Shown piece after piece: positions 29,757 to 39,648 of a DNA stretch of 64,000 nucleotides. The first letter of the stretch is position 1, and the number at the start of each line of letters is the position of its first letter. Made by a program: the position numbers and the translations under genes. The stretch is from an uncultured Gemmatimonadota bacterium. GTDB taxonomy: Bacteria; GCA-2686955. The notes beneath the pieces were generated by a model, which ran no database searches, was not told the DNA's origin, and saw only the letters and a program-made list of their open reading frames with translations. The stretch lies in the NCBI GenBank assembly GCA_964490075.1, contig CAZBBK010000005.1:62001-126000 (forward strand). The letters are read 5' to 3'.

Positions 29757-30914
29757 ATGAAAGAGCTCTTGAGCGAGCAGAACCTCGACTATCAGGCCCG
29801 CGCACGCGAGGTGGCGGAGCGGGTGGTGGCGCCCAATGCGGAGCGCTGGGACCGCGAGGAGAGCTATCCCCACGAGATGACGGCGGCGCTGCAAGAGGCG
29901 AAGCTGACCGGGGTGTGGATCCCCGAGCAGTACGGCGGGCGCGGTGGCAGCGTGCTCGATCTCTGCCTGGTGGTGGAAGAGCTGTCGCGCAAGTGCGGAG
30001 CGGTCGGGGTGGCCTACGCGGTGAATGCGCTGGGATCGTTCCCGATCCTGTTGCAGGGGACCGAGGAGCAGAAGCAGCGCTGGCTGCCGGCGATTGCGGC
30101 CGGTGAGAAGATGATCTCGTTCTGCCTGTCGGAGAAGGAGGCGGGGTCGGACGCCGGGTCGCTGATCACGCGCGCCGAGAAGCGCGGCGACTGCTACATC
30201 GTCACCGGCGACAAGAAGTGGACGACCGGCGCGCAGGTGGCCGACATCTTCACAGTGTTCGCGGTGACCAACCCCGATCGCGGGGCGCGCGGGATCTCGG
30301 CCTTCGTGGTGGAGCGCGACATGGACGGATTCGAGGTGGGGCTCCTGGAAGAGAAGATGGGGATCCGCTGCGTGCCGGTGAACGAGACCCATTTCCGCGG
30401 CGTCGAATGCGGCCCCGAGCGGCTGCTCGGGGGGCGCGAGGGGACCGGTTTTCTCGGAGCGATGTCGACCCTCGACCGGGCGCGGCCGGGGGTGGCGGCG
30501 CAGGCGGTGGGGCTGGCGGCCGGGGCGCTCGACCTGGCGGTCGACTACGCCAGCGAGCGGCGCCAGTTCGGCCAGTCGATCATCAACTTCCAGGGGCTGC
30601 AGTTCATGCTGGCCGACATGGCGACGCAGGTAGAGGCGGCGCGCCACCTGGTCTACACGGCGGCGCGCGCGATCGATGCCGGCGTCAAGAACCCGAGCAA
30701 GCTCGCCGCGATGTGCAAGGTGTTCGCCACCGACGCGGCGATGCGCGTGACGACCGACGCGGTGCAGGTGTTCGGCGGTTACGGCTACCTGCGCAACTAT
30801 CCAATCGAGAAGTTCATGCGTGATGCCAAGATCACGCAGATCTACGAGGGCACCAACCAGATCCAGCGTCTGGTGATCGGCCGTGCCCTGATTCGCGAGG
30901 CCGCGAGCCGCTGA
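29757..30914 (+). CDS. Acyl-CoA dehydrogenase
   Basis: IPEQYGG.G, FCLSE..AGSD, G.KKWTT, KMGIR, AQAVG.A, R.QFG..I..FQG, AVQVFGGYGY and RDAKITQIYEGTNQIQR motifs. Confidence 0.96.
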   Translation: MKELLSEQNLDYQARAREVAERVVAPNAERWDREESYPHEMTAALQEAKLTGVWIPEQYGGRGGSVLDLCLVVEELSRKCGAVGVAYAVNALGSFPILLQGTEEQKQRWLPAIAAGEKMISFCLSEKEAGSDAGSLITRAEKRGDCYIVTGDKKWTTGAQVADIFTVFAVTNPDRGARGISAFVVERDMDGFEVGLLEEKMGIRCVPVNETHFRGVECGPERLLGGREGTGFLGAMSTLDRARPGVAAQAVGLAAGALDLAVDYASERRQFGQSIINFQGLQFMLADMATQVEAARHLVYTAARAIDAGVKNPSKLAAMCKVFATDAAMRVTTDAVQVFGGYGYLRNYPIEKFMRDAKITQIYEGTNQIQRLVIGRALIREAASR

Positions 30915-30935
30915 CCCATTTTCGGAGCATTCCCC

Positions 30936-32489
30936 ATGTCCGCAACATTCACCAATGAGCCCTTCACCGATTTCTCCGACCCCAACGAGCGCGAGGCCTT
31001 CCAGGCGGCGCTGAAAGGGGTGCGCGCGCAGCTCGGCCGCGACTACCCGCTGGTGATCGGCGGGGCCGAGGTGACCGCGAGCGAGACCTTCCGCTCCTAC
31101 AATCCCTCGCGCAAGGACGGGGTGGTGGGAGTGTTCCAGAAGGCCGGGGCGGAGCTGGCCGAGGATGCGGTCGAAAAGGCCTACGAGGCGTTCAAGAGCT
31201 GGAGCCGGGTGCCGGTTACGGAGCGAGCGGCGATCTTGCGGCGCGGGGCGGCGCTGCTGCGGGAGCGCAAGCACGAGTTCAGCGCCTGGATGGTGTTCGA
31301 GGTCGGCAAGAGCTGGGCGGAGGCGGACGGCGACACGGCCGAGGCGATCGACTTCCTGGAGTTCTACGCCAACGAGGCGGAGCGGATCGGGACCCCGAAA
31401 TTCCTGGGGCGGGTGCACGGCGACGACAACGTGCAGACCTACCTGCCGCTCGGGGTGGTGGCGGTGATTCCACCCTGGAACTTCCCCTGCGCGATCATGG
31501 CGGGGATGACGATGGCCGCGGTGGCGGCGGGCAACACGGTGGTGCTCAAACCGTCGAGCGACTCACCGGCAGTGGCGGCGCGTTTCGTGTCGCTGATGCA
31601 CGAGGCGGGGCTGCCGAAGGACGTGGTGAGCTTCCTGTCGGGGTCGGGGTCGATCGCCGGCGAGGCGATCATCCGCCACCACCTGACGCGCATGGTGGCC
31701 TTTACCGGTTCGCGCGAGGTGGGACTGGGGATCAACGTGGCGGCGGCGCGCACCGCACCCGGGCAGCGCTGGATCAAACGGGTGATCGCCGAGATGGGGG
31801 GCAAGGACGGCATTGTGGTCGACGCGTCGGCCGATCTCGACGCGGCGGCCGCGGGGGTGGCGGCGGCGGCCTTCGGCTACCAAGGGCAGAAATGCTCGGC
31901 CTGCTCGCGGGCGATCGTGCACCAGGACGTCTACGACCAGTTCGTGGAGCGGTTGCTGGTCGAGGTGCGCAAGATCCGCGTCGGCGACCCGGCCGATCCC
32001 GACAACGCGATGGGCGCGGTGATCAACCGGGCGGCCTACGACAGCATCTTGGGCTACATCGAGGTCGGCAAAGGCGAGGGTGAGCTGCTGCTGGGCGGCG
32101 AGGGAGACGATGAGAGCGGCTATTTCATTGCGCCGACCGTGATCGGCAGCGTCGATGCCAAGGCGCGCATCGCCCAGGAAGAGATCTTTGGGCCGGTGCT
32201 GACGCTGATCAAGGCGAACGACTTCGACCACGCGATGAAGATCGCCAACGACACGGAGTACGGGCTGACCGGGGCGATCTTCGCGGGCGACGAGAAGCTG
32301 CTGAAACGCGGCGCCGAGGAGTTCTTCGTCGGCAACCTTTACCTGAACCGCAAATGCACAGGTGCGCTGGTGCAGTGCCAGCCCTTCGGCGGCTTCAACA
32401 TGAGCGGCACCGATTCGAAGGCGGGCGGGCAAGACTATCTCTTGCTCTTCAGTCAGGCGAAGGTGGTGGCGACGCGGGCGCAGGAGTAG
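30936..32489 (+). CDS. pruA: L-glutamate gamma-semialdehyde (P5C) dehydrogenase, RocA/PruA type
   Basis: FTNEPFTDF, EADGDTAEAIDFLEFY, IPPWNFP, FTGS, AEMGGKD, AFGYQGQKCSACSR, QEEIFGP and QPFGGFNMSGTDSKAGG.DYL motifs. Confidence 0.93.
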   Translation: MSATFTNEPFTDFSDPNEREAFQAALKGVRAQLGRDYPLVIGGAEVTASETFRSYNPSRKDGVVGVFQKAGAELAEDAVEKAYEAFKSWSRVPVTERAAILRRGAALLRERKHEFSAWMVFEVGKSWAEADGDTAEAIDFLEFYANEAERIGTPKFLGRVHGDDNVQTYLPLGVVAVIPPWNFPCAIMAGMTMAAVAAGNTVVLKPSSDSPAVAARFVSLMHEAGLPKDVVSFLSGSGSIAGEAIIRHHLTRMVAFTGSREVGLGINVAAARTAPGQRWIKRVIAEMGGKDGIVVDASADLDAAAAGVAAAAFGYQGQKCSACSRAIVHQDVYDQFVERLLVEVRKIRVGDPADPDNAMGAVINRAAYDSILGYIEVGKGEGELLLGGEGDDESGYFIAPTVIGSVDAKARIAQEEIFGPVLTLIKANDFDHAMKIANDTEYGLTGAIFAGDEKLLKRGAEEFFVGNLYLNRKCTGALVQCQPFGGFNMSGTDSKAGGQDYLLLFSQAKVVATRAQE

Positions 32490-32881
32490 CGAGCTGCTCC
32501 GGGTACCCCTGGCCCAGGTCGGCCGCCGCGGACCCGCTCGATCCCTGGCGATTTGGGCGGCGCGGTCCCATTCAGCGCTGCCGGCGGCACGAATTGAGTA
32601 TCCGGCTGGCGGCGCCAGAGACGGCCCTCGAAGCCCCTGCGACGATTCCACCAGCGCGCGTAGCTGCTCAGTGCCCGCCCCAACGCCGCGCGGCAATCGC
32701 CCGCGTGAGCCAGGTGGATGTGGTCTGGCATCACGCAAAGCGCAATCGGTCGCGGGGCCGCCCGAAGCAGACCCTCGAAAAGCCTGACCCCTTCCTCCCA
32801 GGTCTCGAACAGGCGGCCCGCGCCCTGAATGTGAGCAACGTGGTGAACCATGGAGGCGAAGGGCCGCAAGGTACGCGCCAA
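32453..32881 (-). pseudogene. Truncated Y1 HUH transposase (RAYT / IS200-like)
   Basis: MAR..R.....HHV N-terminus, ALCVMPDHIHL (HUH motif) and YARWWNRRRG..GRLW. The downstream catalytic Tyr / Y..NP segment is missing and the ORF runs into the pruA 3' end. Confidence 0.72.
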
Positions 32882-32904
32882 CTCCTCGCACTCCGGGTCG
32901 ACCC

Positions 32905-33861
32905 TTACCCGTATCCCGCCGTCTGCCCTCCCGCCACCCCCTCCGGATGGCAGATCTCCTGGAAGTTGCAGCGCCGGCAGCGGTCGAGATCGTCGGTCAG
33001 GGGGAAATCGGGCTCGCGAGCGACGTTGTGCTCGGGGTCGGCGAGCAGGGCGCGGAGACGCTCGGCCGAGGCGCCGATGTCGGCACGGGTGGCGGCCAGC
33101 GCGGCGTCGTCGAGGACCTCGCTCACGATCTCGCCGTTGCGCAGATAGACCGCGTGGGTGCGGATGCGCTCAGCCGGCACAGTCCATTCGAGGGCCGCGT
33201 AGAGGGCGTAAACCCGAAGCTGCGCGGCGTCGGCATCGCGTCCGCGGCCGGTCTTCCAGTCGTAGATCTCCACGCCGGCTTCGGTGTCGCGCGCCAGGTC
33301 CATCGCCAGCCAGACTTTGGTGCCGTCGAGCTGAAAATGTGTCAGCTCTTCGTAGCAACGCACGTCCTCGCCGCGCTTCGCGGCCAGGGCGGCGTGCACG
33401 TCGGTCTCGAGGTAGCGCTCGAGGCAGGACTCCACCTTGGCCTTGGTGGCGCGGATGGCTTCGCCGGGAACCGGACGGCCGGTCAACCGCTCTACGTAGT
33501 AGTGCTCGAAGAGCGTGGTGACGTACTTGGGACTGCGGTCGCGCCAGGCCTCGCCGCGCGACTCCTTCCATGCCCGGTTCAGGGCCCGCTGGGCCTCGGT
33601 GAAGAGACGCGCGCGGTCGACCGGGGCGCCGTCGCGCACGCGGGCGATCGCGCCCTTGATCACGTCGTGCACCACGCTGCCGGCGAACATCGACAGGTTG
33701 GTCATCTGCTTGAGGCGGTAGGCCAGCCGAGCAGCGGGCCCGGCATCGCGTTCCCAGCCCCCCCAGGAGCCGTAGTAATTCAGGTAGTAGGCGCGGGGAC
33801 AGTCGTCGTACAAACGGCCGCGCGATGGCGACCAGCTGAACTCGTTGACCAGCTTGGCCAT
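32905..33861 (-). CDS. PD-(D/E)XK nuclease (RecB/AddB/Cas4-like) with a predicted Fe-S cluster
   Basis: SWS.SR...Y..CPRAYY, G..VH, MDL...IYDWKTG, QL.VYA and C-terminal CRRCNFQEIC (1+3 Cys). Confidence 0.88.
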   Translation of the reverse strand: MAKLVNEFSWSPSRGRLYDDCPRAYYLNYYGSWGGWERDAGPAARLAYRLKQMTNLSMFAGSVVHDVIKGAIARVRDGAPVDRARLFTEAQRALNRAWKESRGEAWRDRSPKYVTTLFEHYYVERLTGRPVPGEAIRATKAKVESCLERYLETDVHAALAAKRGEDVRCYEELTHFQLDGTKVWLAMDLARDTEAGVEIYDWKTGRGRDADAAQLRVYALYAALEWTVPAERIRTHAVYLRNGEIVSEVLDDAALAATRADIGASAERLRALLADPEHNVAREPDFPLTDDLDRCRRCNFQEICHPEGVAGGQTAGYG

Positions 33862-33898
33862 GCATTCTCCGGGGCGGCCGCGATGCGAGCCTCGAGCG

Positions 33899-34411
33899 CT
33901 ACTCCGCGCCGGGCCAAGGGCGGTCGTTGCGAAGGTGGCGGTTTCCCTCGAAGCCATCGAAGAAGAGCCGCACCAGGGGATGGCGCACCGGCGCGGTCGA
34001 ATCGTCGGATTCGAGGCTGGTTTCGGCGGTGTAGGTGACCCTGCCCACGCCGTCGACCAGCACATGATACCAGGGCTGGTCGCGGTCGGGCTGGGTGCGG
34101 TTGGCCAGATACCACTTCAGGTCGGCCTTGCACTCCGGATCGAAGGCGACCACTACCCCTCGATAGCCGTAGCGCATGTGGCGCACCAGGTCGCCCGGCT
34201 CGAAGTGGACCCGCGCGCGCCTCTCCTCTTCCTCGATCAAAGACCGGATCAGGCGCCGATCCTGGTCGGTCGGCGGGGGGTCGAGGGCGTCGAGCGCGGG
34301 CTCGAGCGCGGTACCGAAGGCGCCGAGCTCACGCCGCACCGCCTGGCGCACCACCGGCGTGTCGTCGTCTAGCAGTCTCATCAGGTGGGGCAGCAGTCCC
34401 GCATCAGGCAT
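33899..34411 (-). CDS. hspQ: HspQ/YccV-domain protein with N-terminal helical extension
   Basis: F.PGDLVRH.RYGYRGVVV..DP...QPWYHVLVD....TY.AE..L...HP....FF in the C-terminal ~105 aa. Confidence 0.85.
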   Translation of the reverse strand: MPDAGLLPHLMRLLDDDTPVVRQAVRRELGAFGTALEPALDALDPPPTDQDRRLIRSLIEEEERRARVHFEPGDLVRHMRYGYRGVVVAFDPECKADLKWYLANRTQPDRDQPWYHVLVDGVGRVTYTAETSLESDDSTAPVRHPLVRLFFDGFEGNRHLRNDRPWPGAE

Positions 34412-34534
34412 GGCGGTCGATTCCTCGCGTCGTGATCGAGTCTAGCTCGAAACCGGGTTTGCGTCTGTCCGGTATGCTCCGGATTCCGCATTCGAAATAA
34501 TAGGCCCGCGCGGGCCACCTACGAGGAGCTCGAC

Positions 34535-35356
34535 ATGGCCGATCTCGCCGGCAAGACCCTGTTCATCACCGGAGCCAGCCGCGGCATCGGCCTGGCGATC
34601 GCCCTGCGCGCGGCTCGCGATGGGGCCAACGTGACCATCGCCGCCAAGACCGACCAGCCCCATCCCAAGCTGCCGGGCACCATCCACAGCGCCGCCGCCG
34701 AGATCGAATCGGCCGGAGGTCGGGCTCTGGCCTGTGTGGTCGACGTGCGCGACGAGGCGGCGGTGCAGGCCGCGGTCGGACGCACGGTAGAGACCTTCGG
34801 CGGCATCGACATCCTGGTCAACAACGCCTCGGCGATCCAGCTCACCGGCACCTTGCTGACCGCCATGAAGCGCTTCGACCTGATGCACCAGATCAACACT
34901 CGAGGCACCTACCTCTGCTCCAAGCTCTGCCTGCCACATCTGGTGCGAGCCGACAATCCTCACGTGCTGAATCTGTCGCCACCGCTCAACATGGAGCGCC
35001 GCTGGTTCGCGCCCCATGTCGCCTACACCATGGCGAAGTACGGCATGAGCTTGTGCGTGTTGGGCATGGCCGGCGAGTTCGAGTCCGACGGGGTGGCCTT
35101 CAACGCGCTCTGGCCGCGCACCACCATCGCCACCGCGGCGATCCAGAATCTGCTCGGCGGGGAGATGCTGATGGCCACCTCGCGCAAGCCGGAGATCATG
35201 GCCGACGCCGCACACCACATCCTCAACCGCGACAGCCGCGGGTGCAGCGGCAACTTCTTCATCGACGAAGAGGTGCTCGCTGAGGCGGGGGTGACCGATC
35301 TCGAGCGTTACAGCGTGACGCCGGGGGCGGAGCTGACGCCGGATTTCTTCATCTGA
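34535..35356 (+). CDS. SDR-family NAD(P)-dependent oxidoreductase (HSDL2-like)
   Basis: TGASRGIG, AAKT..PHPKLPGTI, NNASAI, YTMAK (YxxxK) and NALWPRT.IATAA motifs. Confidence 0.93.
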   Translation: MADLAGKTLFITGASRGIGLAIALRAARDGANVTIAAKTDQPHPKLPGTIHSAAAEIESAGGRALACVVDVRDEAAVQAAVGRTVETFGGIDILVNNASAIQLTGTLLTAMKRFDLMHQINTRGTYLCSKLCLPHLVRADNPHVLNLSPPLNMERRWFAPHVAYTMAKYGMSLCVLGMAGEFESDGVAFNALWPRTTIATAAIQNLLGGEMLMATSRKPEIMADAAHHILNRDSRGCSGNFFIDEEVLAEAGVTDLERYSVTPGAELTPDFFI

Positions 35357-35391
35357 ACGGCGCTCCGCGGCGCACCAGGTCTCACGCCGCT

Positions 35392-37701
35392 CTACTTCAC
35401 CAGCACCACCGACCGCCGCTCGACCACTCCCAGCGCTTCCAAGCTGCAGATATAACGTCCCGACGCGACCGGCCGTCCGGCCTCATCGGTGCCATCCCAG
35501 CGCGCGGTGTGGCGCCCGCCCGTCAAGGGCCGGTCGATCAGCGTGGCCACCCAGCGTCCCGCGCCGTCGTGCAGGCGCAGGCGCACCGGAGTCGGCCCAT
35601 CGCCATCGATCTCGAATCCGATGCGTGTCGCCGGGTTGAAGGGGTTTGGCGCGTTCGGCACAAGCCGCGCCCGGCTCGCCCCCGCCGGTGCACTCCCGCC
35701 CTCCCCAGTGATCGCCACCTCCACTCCGAACCAGCGCAACATCTGCGCCAGGAAACGAGTCGGATCCGTGAAACCATCGGCCGCGGCGATCCCCTCCAGA
35801 CCGAACGCAAGAAAAACCGTGCGGTTCTGCATACCTTGGCGCCGAACGCCGGCATAGCGACCCATCGAAGCGTAGGCCAGAAGCGGCTCTCCGGTCGCGA
35901 CCGCCGCCACCTCCCCGGCCGATTCCTGTTCGCGCTCGGGGCTGCCGGTGTCGAGCATCAGCAGCATCCCAGCAGTGATCGGATCGCCCTCGATCCCTTC
36001 CAGCACCGGCAGCGACACTCGGTCGGCCACATGATCGGCGCCGAATGTGTCGTTCATCCAGGAGTTCCCGGCCCCCAGCTCGTCGCCGATGTACTGCCCG
36101 CTCAAGCAGACCGCATGCCCCGCGGCGGCGATGGCACCGATACTGTCCTGCTCAGACGGCGTCACCGTTTCGCTCGCCGCGGCCCCCGTCATCCACAGAA
36201 TCGCCGGCGCCGGATCGAAAGGTGCCAGGCGCGCGAGTGGCAGGGGGCCGTCTCTGGTTCCATCCCAGGTCAGCCAGCCCACGGCGAGCGAATCGAGCCA
36301 TTCCTGCGCTGCCTGCTGGCGTTCGGCACCGTCGTCGTCGTCGACGATCACCACCGTCGGGCTCGAAACGCGAGTCAGAGATAAATCGTGGCGCCGCACC
36401 TGCCCGGGGGAGAGCAGCTCCGAGAACGAGTCGGGCTGCGCTCCGAAAGCGCTCACCTCGACCTTCGCCTGGCAGGCGCCGGTCTGGAGCGCATAGAGCC
36501 CGATCGTGTCGCTGCGCACCGAGCGCCCGCTCTGCCGGAGCAATATTGTCGCCAACGGCACCGGTGAGCCATCGTCCCCGTGGGTGAGCTCGCCCCAGAT
36601 CTTCGCTTTGCGCGGCCCGGCGAGCTCCACCACGACCATCTTTCCCGAGCGCTCCGACGAGTAGATCCACTCCGGCTCACCAGGCTCATTCCCCGCGGAC
36701 TGCAAGGGCCAGATTCCCCAGGTGCCCTCGAAGCGCCCCTGCGTCTCCGGCAAATATGTATCGTAGAAAGCGACCTCGACGGGATTCGCCGGTTCGGAGA
36801 TGTCGAGAATCCGCACCCCTTCCTCGAAGTACGCCACATAGGCCAGATCACCCTTGACCACGATATTGTGGGCGATCGCATCGGGATGGGACGCGTAGGC
36901 GGCCACCTGGACGATGTTGTCGGGGTCGCGCACATCCCAGATGCGCACCTGGCCGCCGGCTCTCGCGTCGGAGCTCAGCAGGTAGTCCCCGTCTTCGGTC
37001 GGCCAGACCGCGTGAGTGTAGCTCGATTCGTGGAGAATGTTGTTGCCGATCTGCGTGGGATTGGCCGGATCGGAAACGTCGGCCATGACCGCGCCACCCT
37101 CCAGCCAGCCCATGTAGAGTACCGAACCCTGCACCGTCAGATCGTCGATGTCGACCCACTGGGGGTCCGCGCCAAGCCCGGGGTAGTCGAAGACGCCGAC
37201 CTGGGCGATCGCCTGCAGGTCGCGCACGTCGAAGATCCGCACCTGGCCGCCGGTGACGAAGCTGGAGACCGCGCAGTAGAGGTAGCCGCGCCTATCGAGC
37301 CATAGATTGCGACAGGCTTCGGTACCGGGAGCGACCTCGATGGTGGCCGCCAGCGATAGATCGTAGGGATCGGAGACGTCGAGAATGTAGATCCCTACAC
37401 CGTCGTAGAGCTCGTTGGCCGCTGCCAGGTGGCCCGCGGCGATCTTCACATCGTGCACGAAGACGTTGCCTGGATCCCAGGTGTCGGTGACGAGCGGGGC
37501 GCCGGGATCGCTGACGTCGACGAGCGCCACGCCACCTTCGCGCAACGCCACCGCCACAAGGTCGTCCTCGCCCCACAGGTCGCCGCCGCCGGTCGTGGCA
37601 TCGAAGTCGAGCTCCGCGACCTCCGTGGCGTTGAAGCCGAGGGGCTGTGCGGGCGCCACGCCGATCAGGCAGGCCGCGACTGCGATCAGTCGGCGCAGCA
37701 C
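35392..37701 (-). CDS. Secreted LVIVD-repeat (choice-of-anchor B-like) protein with FlgD-Ig C-terminus
   Basis: Signal peptide, repeated (L/I)(V/L)DVSDP..P motifs, YTHAVW and AHNI metal-site-like motifs, a carboxypeptidase-regulatory-like segment, VVIVDDD and C-terminal PNPFNP...WDGTDE.G..VASG.Y. Confidence 0.83.
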   Translation of the reverse strand: MLRRLIAVAACLIGVAPAQPLGFNATEVAELDFDATTGGGDLWGEDDLVAVALREGGVALVDVSDPGAPLVTDTWDPGNVFVHDVKIAAGHLAAANELYDGVGIYILDVSDPYDLSLAATIEVAPGTEACRNLWLDRRGYLYCAVSSFVTGGQVRIFDVRDLQAIAQVGVFDYPGLGADPQWVDIDDLTVQGSVLYMGWLEGGAVMADVSDPANPTQIGNNILHESSYTHAVWPTEDGDYLLSSDARAGGQVRIWDVRDPDNIVQVAAYASHPDAIAHNIVVKGDLAYVAYFEEGVRILDISEPANPVEVAFYDTYLPETQGRFEGTWGIWPLQSAGNEPGEPEWIYSSERSGKMVVVELAGPRKAKIWGELTHGDDGSPVPLATILLRQSGRSVRSDTIGLYALQTGACQAKVEVSAFGAQPDSFSELLSPGQVRRHDLSLTRVSSPTVVIVDDDDGAERQQAAQEWLDSLAVGWLTWDGTRDGPLPLARLAPFDPAPAILWMTGAAASETVTPSEQDSIGAIAAAGHAVCLSGQYIGDELGAGNSWMNDTFGADHVADRVSLPVLEGIEGDPITAGMLLMLDTGSPEREQESAGEVAAVATGEPLLAYASMGRYAGVRRQGMQNRTVFLAFGLEGIAAADGFTDPTRFLAQMLRWFGVEVAITGEGGSAPAGASRARLVPNAPNPFNPATRIGFEIDGDGPTPVRLRLHDGAGRWVATLIDRPLTGGRHTARWDGTDEAGRPVASGRYICSLEALGVVERRSVVLVK

Positions 37702-38108
37702 GCGATCTCCACGACTGCGCGATCAAAGGCGCCCGCGGCATCGATCCACAGCTCCAGAAGCCAGGTCCCCTGCTCGTGAAAGCGCATCCCCTGCACCAGG
37801 AAGCTGCCGTAGCCGCGCTCGATGACGACCGGTTCGCCGAGCATGCCGATCCCCTGGGCAGGCAGGGTGGCGATCACCGCGAGATCGGCGTCGAAGACCG
37901 GCGCCCCGAAAGGGTCGCTGATTTCGACGTCGAGCTCGAAAAGCTGGTCGAAGGGGATCGGGTTCGGGACCGGGGTGAAGGCCACCACGAAGAGCCGACG
38001 CTCGGTCTGTAGAATGGCGGACTGATCGCCGGCCTCGAGCCCCGAGCTGAGCTTGCAGCCGCCGGCCAGGGTGGCCAGGAGCAGAACGAGAAAGGAAGCG
38101 CGCTGCAT
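37686..38108 (-). CDS. YtkA/FixH-like lipoprotein
   Basis: Lipobox LAGGC, followed by P.P.P......L.V...G.PV.DA.L...GM...G.F.V.GM.F...GTW.L. It overlaps the start of the LVIVD gene. Confidence 0.65.
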   Translation of the reverse strand: MQRASFLVLLLATLAGGCKLSSGLEAGDQSAILQTERRLFVVAFTPVPNPIPFDQLFELDVEISDPFGAPVFDADLAVIATLPAQGIGMLGEPVVIERGYGSFLVQGMRFHEQGTWLLELWIDAAGAFDRAVVEIACCAD

Positions 38109-38211
38109 TGCACCTCTGGAGTTGGAACGGAGCGAGTGGGCGGCCGCTTGCCTCCGCTATGATACGGACTTTGGACCGAAGCCGGGCCGACACCTTGCCA
38201 CGGAGGCGTGC

Positions 38212-39648
38212 GTGGGCGGGATTCCCTTCAACCGAGTCTGGATCTCGGCGATGGCCGCGATGGCCGCCGGTTGCGCGACCCGGCCCTCGCTGCCGCCAGG
38301 TCTGCCGGAAGAGCTCTGCGATCCGCCCCGCGGCGCCGCATGCGGCGAGATCGTGGTCGCCCTGACCGATCGCGTGCTGGCATCGCGCGCTCCGGTGCCG
38401 ACCAATGACGCCGAGGCGCTGATCTTCCCCCAGCTCTACCAGACCCTGGCAAGGGCCGGATGCGGCTCCACGCCGGTCCCCGACCTGGCGCGCGGCTGGC
38501 ACTCGGATGCCGACGCGCGGATCTGGTGGGTCGAGATCGAGCCGAATCGCCATTTCTCCGACGGCAGCCCGATCACAGCCGAGACCCTGCACAAGGGCTG
38601 GCGCTGGCAGGCCCGCCGGCAACGCCCGCGAGAGATCCCCTGGCGCTGGATCGACGCCGACTCGATCTCGGTCACCGCCGCGTACACCCTGCGCATCGCC
38701 CTCGCCGCGCCCTGTCCCCATCTGCCGCGGATCCTCTGCCATCCCGCGCTGGCGGCGCTGCGCCCCCCCGACAACCCGCGTGGGGTGCCGATCGGCAGCG
38801 GCTGTGCGCGCCCGACCGGCGAACGCTGGCGCCCGACCGAGCTCACGCTGGAGGCCAATCCGCACGGCCCGGCTCCCCCCTGGTCGTTGCTGCGGGTGCG
38901 GATGCACCCCAACCAGGATTCGCGCGAGGCGCTGGCGGAGGGCGCCGACCTGGTGATCTGCCGCGACCGCGAGGCCATCGAAAGCCTGCGCCCCCGCGCC
39001 TCGGTCGTCGTGCGCGAGCTGCCTTCCGACCGGCTCTACGCCTGGGTCGCGGGGCCCGAGGGGGGCGGGGCCGGCGCCGGAGAGTGGATCGACGCAGCGG
39101 TGATCGACGAGCTGGCCGAGCTGGTCGTGTCGGCGCCGGCGCGGCCGGCCGAGGCGACCATCCCCACCCGCGAGGGGCCCTTGCCGACCTGCTTCCCGCC
39201 GACCGCGGCGGACCACCGCCGCTCCGGGGAGCGGCCCGAACGCCGGCCCTCGAGCCCGGCGATCGCCCCGCACAACGAGACCGGAGTGGCCTTCAACTGG
39301 CGCGATCCGACCGCCCGCGAGCTGGCGGAGCGGCTGGCGGCCCTGGCGACGATCCACGATCCGGACCGCCCTTGGGCCGCGATCCCTTTGCCCCCGCACG
39401 AGTTTCGGCGCGCCCTGCGCGCCGGCGACATGCGCGCCTACATCGTCTCGCTGTCGAGCGCCCGCGCCGGCGCCCTGACTCCGATCGAGCCGATCGAAGG
39501 ACGGGTGAGCTGGGAGAGGGCCGGGGCGCGGGTGGTACCGCTGATCGAGGTGCGCGGCGCGGCGCTGATGTCATCCGATCTGAGCGGCCTGAGGATCGGT
39601 GGCGAGGGAGGCGTGCACCTCGACCGCCTCGGGCGGGGGCACCGATGA
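38212..39648 (+). CDS. Family-5 solute-binding-protein-like lipoprotein
   Basis: GGAGG RBS followed by GTG, lipobox AAGC, and the SBP_bac_5 N-terminal signature QLYQTL...PVPDLA..W...D...W.......FSDG.PITA. It has an ATGA overlap with the kinase. Confidence 0.7.
   Translation: MGGIPFNRVWISAMAAMAAGCATRPSLPPGLPEELCDPPRGAACGEIVVALTDRVLASRAPVPTNDAEALIFPQLYQTLARAGCGSTPVPDLARGWHSDADARIWWVEIEPNRHFSDGSPITAETLHKGWRWQARRQRPREIPWRWIDADSISVTAAYTLRIALAAPCPHLPRILCHPALAALRPPDNPRGVPIGSGCARPTGERWRPTELTLEANPHGPAPPWSLLRVRMHPNQDSREALAEGADLVICRDREAIESLRPRASVVVRELPSDRLYAWVAGPEGGGAGAGEWIDAAVIDELAELVVSAPARPAEATIPTREGPLPTCFPPTAADHRRSGERPERRPSSPAIAPHNETGVAFNWRDPTARELAERLAALATIHDPDRPWAAIPLPPHEFRRALRAGDMRAYIVSLSSARAGALTPIEPIEGRVSWERAGARVVPLIEVRGAALMSSDLSGLRIGGEGGVHLDRLGRGHR

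Noticed and set aside
29757-32489. Acyl-CoA dehydrogenase as a substitute proline dehydrogenase feeding PruA
   Set aside because: The sequence looks like an ordinary short/branched-chain ACAD, and adjacency alone is insufficient.
32905-33861. Cas4 of a CRISPR adaptation module
   Set aside because: There is no cas1, cas2 or array nearby. Stand-alone PD-(D/E)XK Fe-S nucleases are common.
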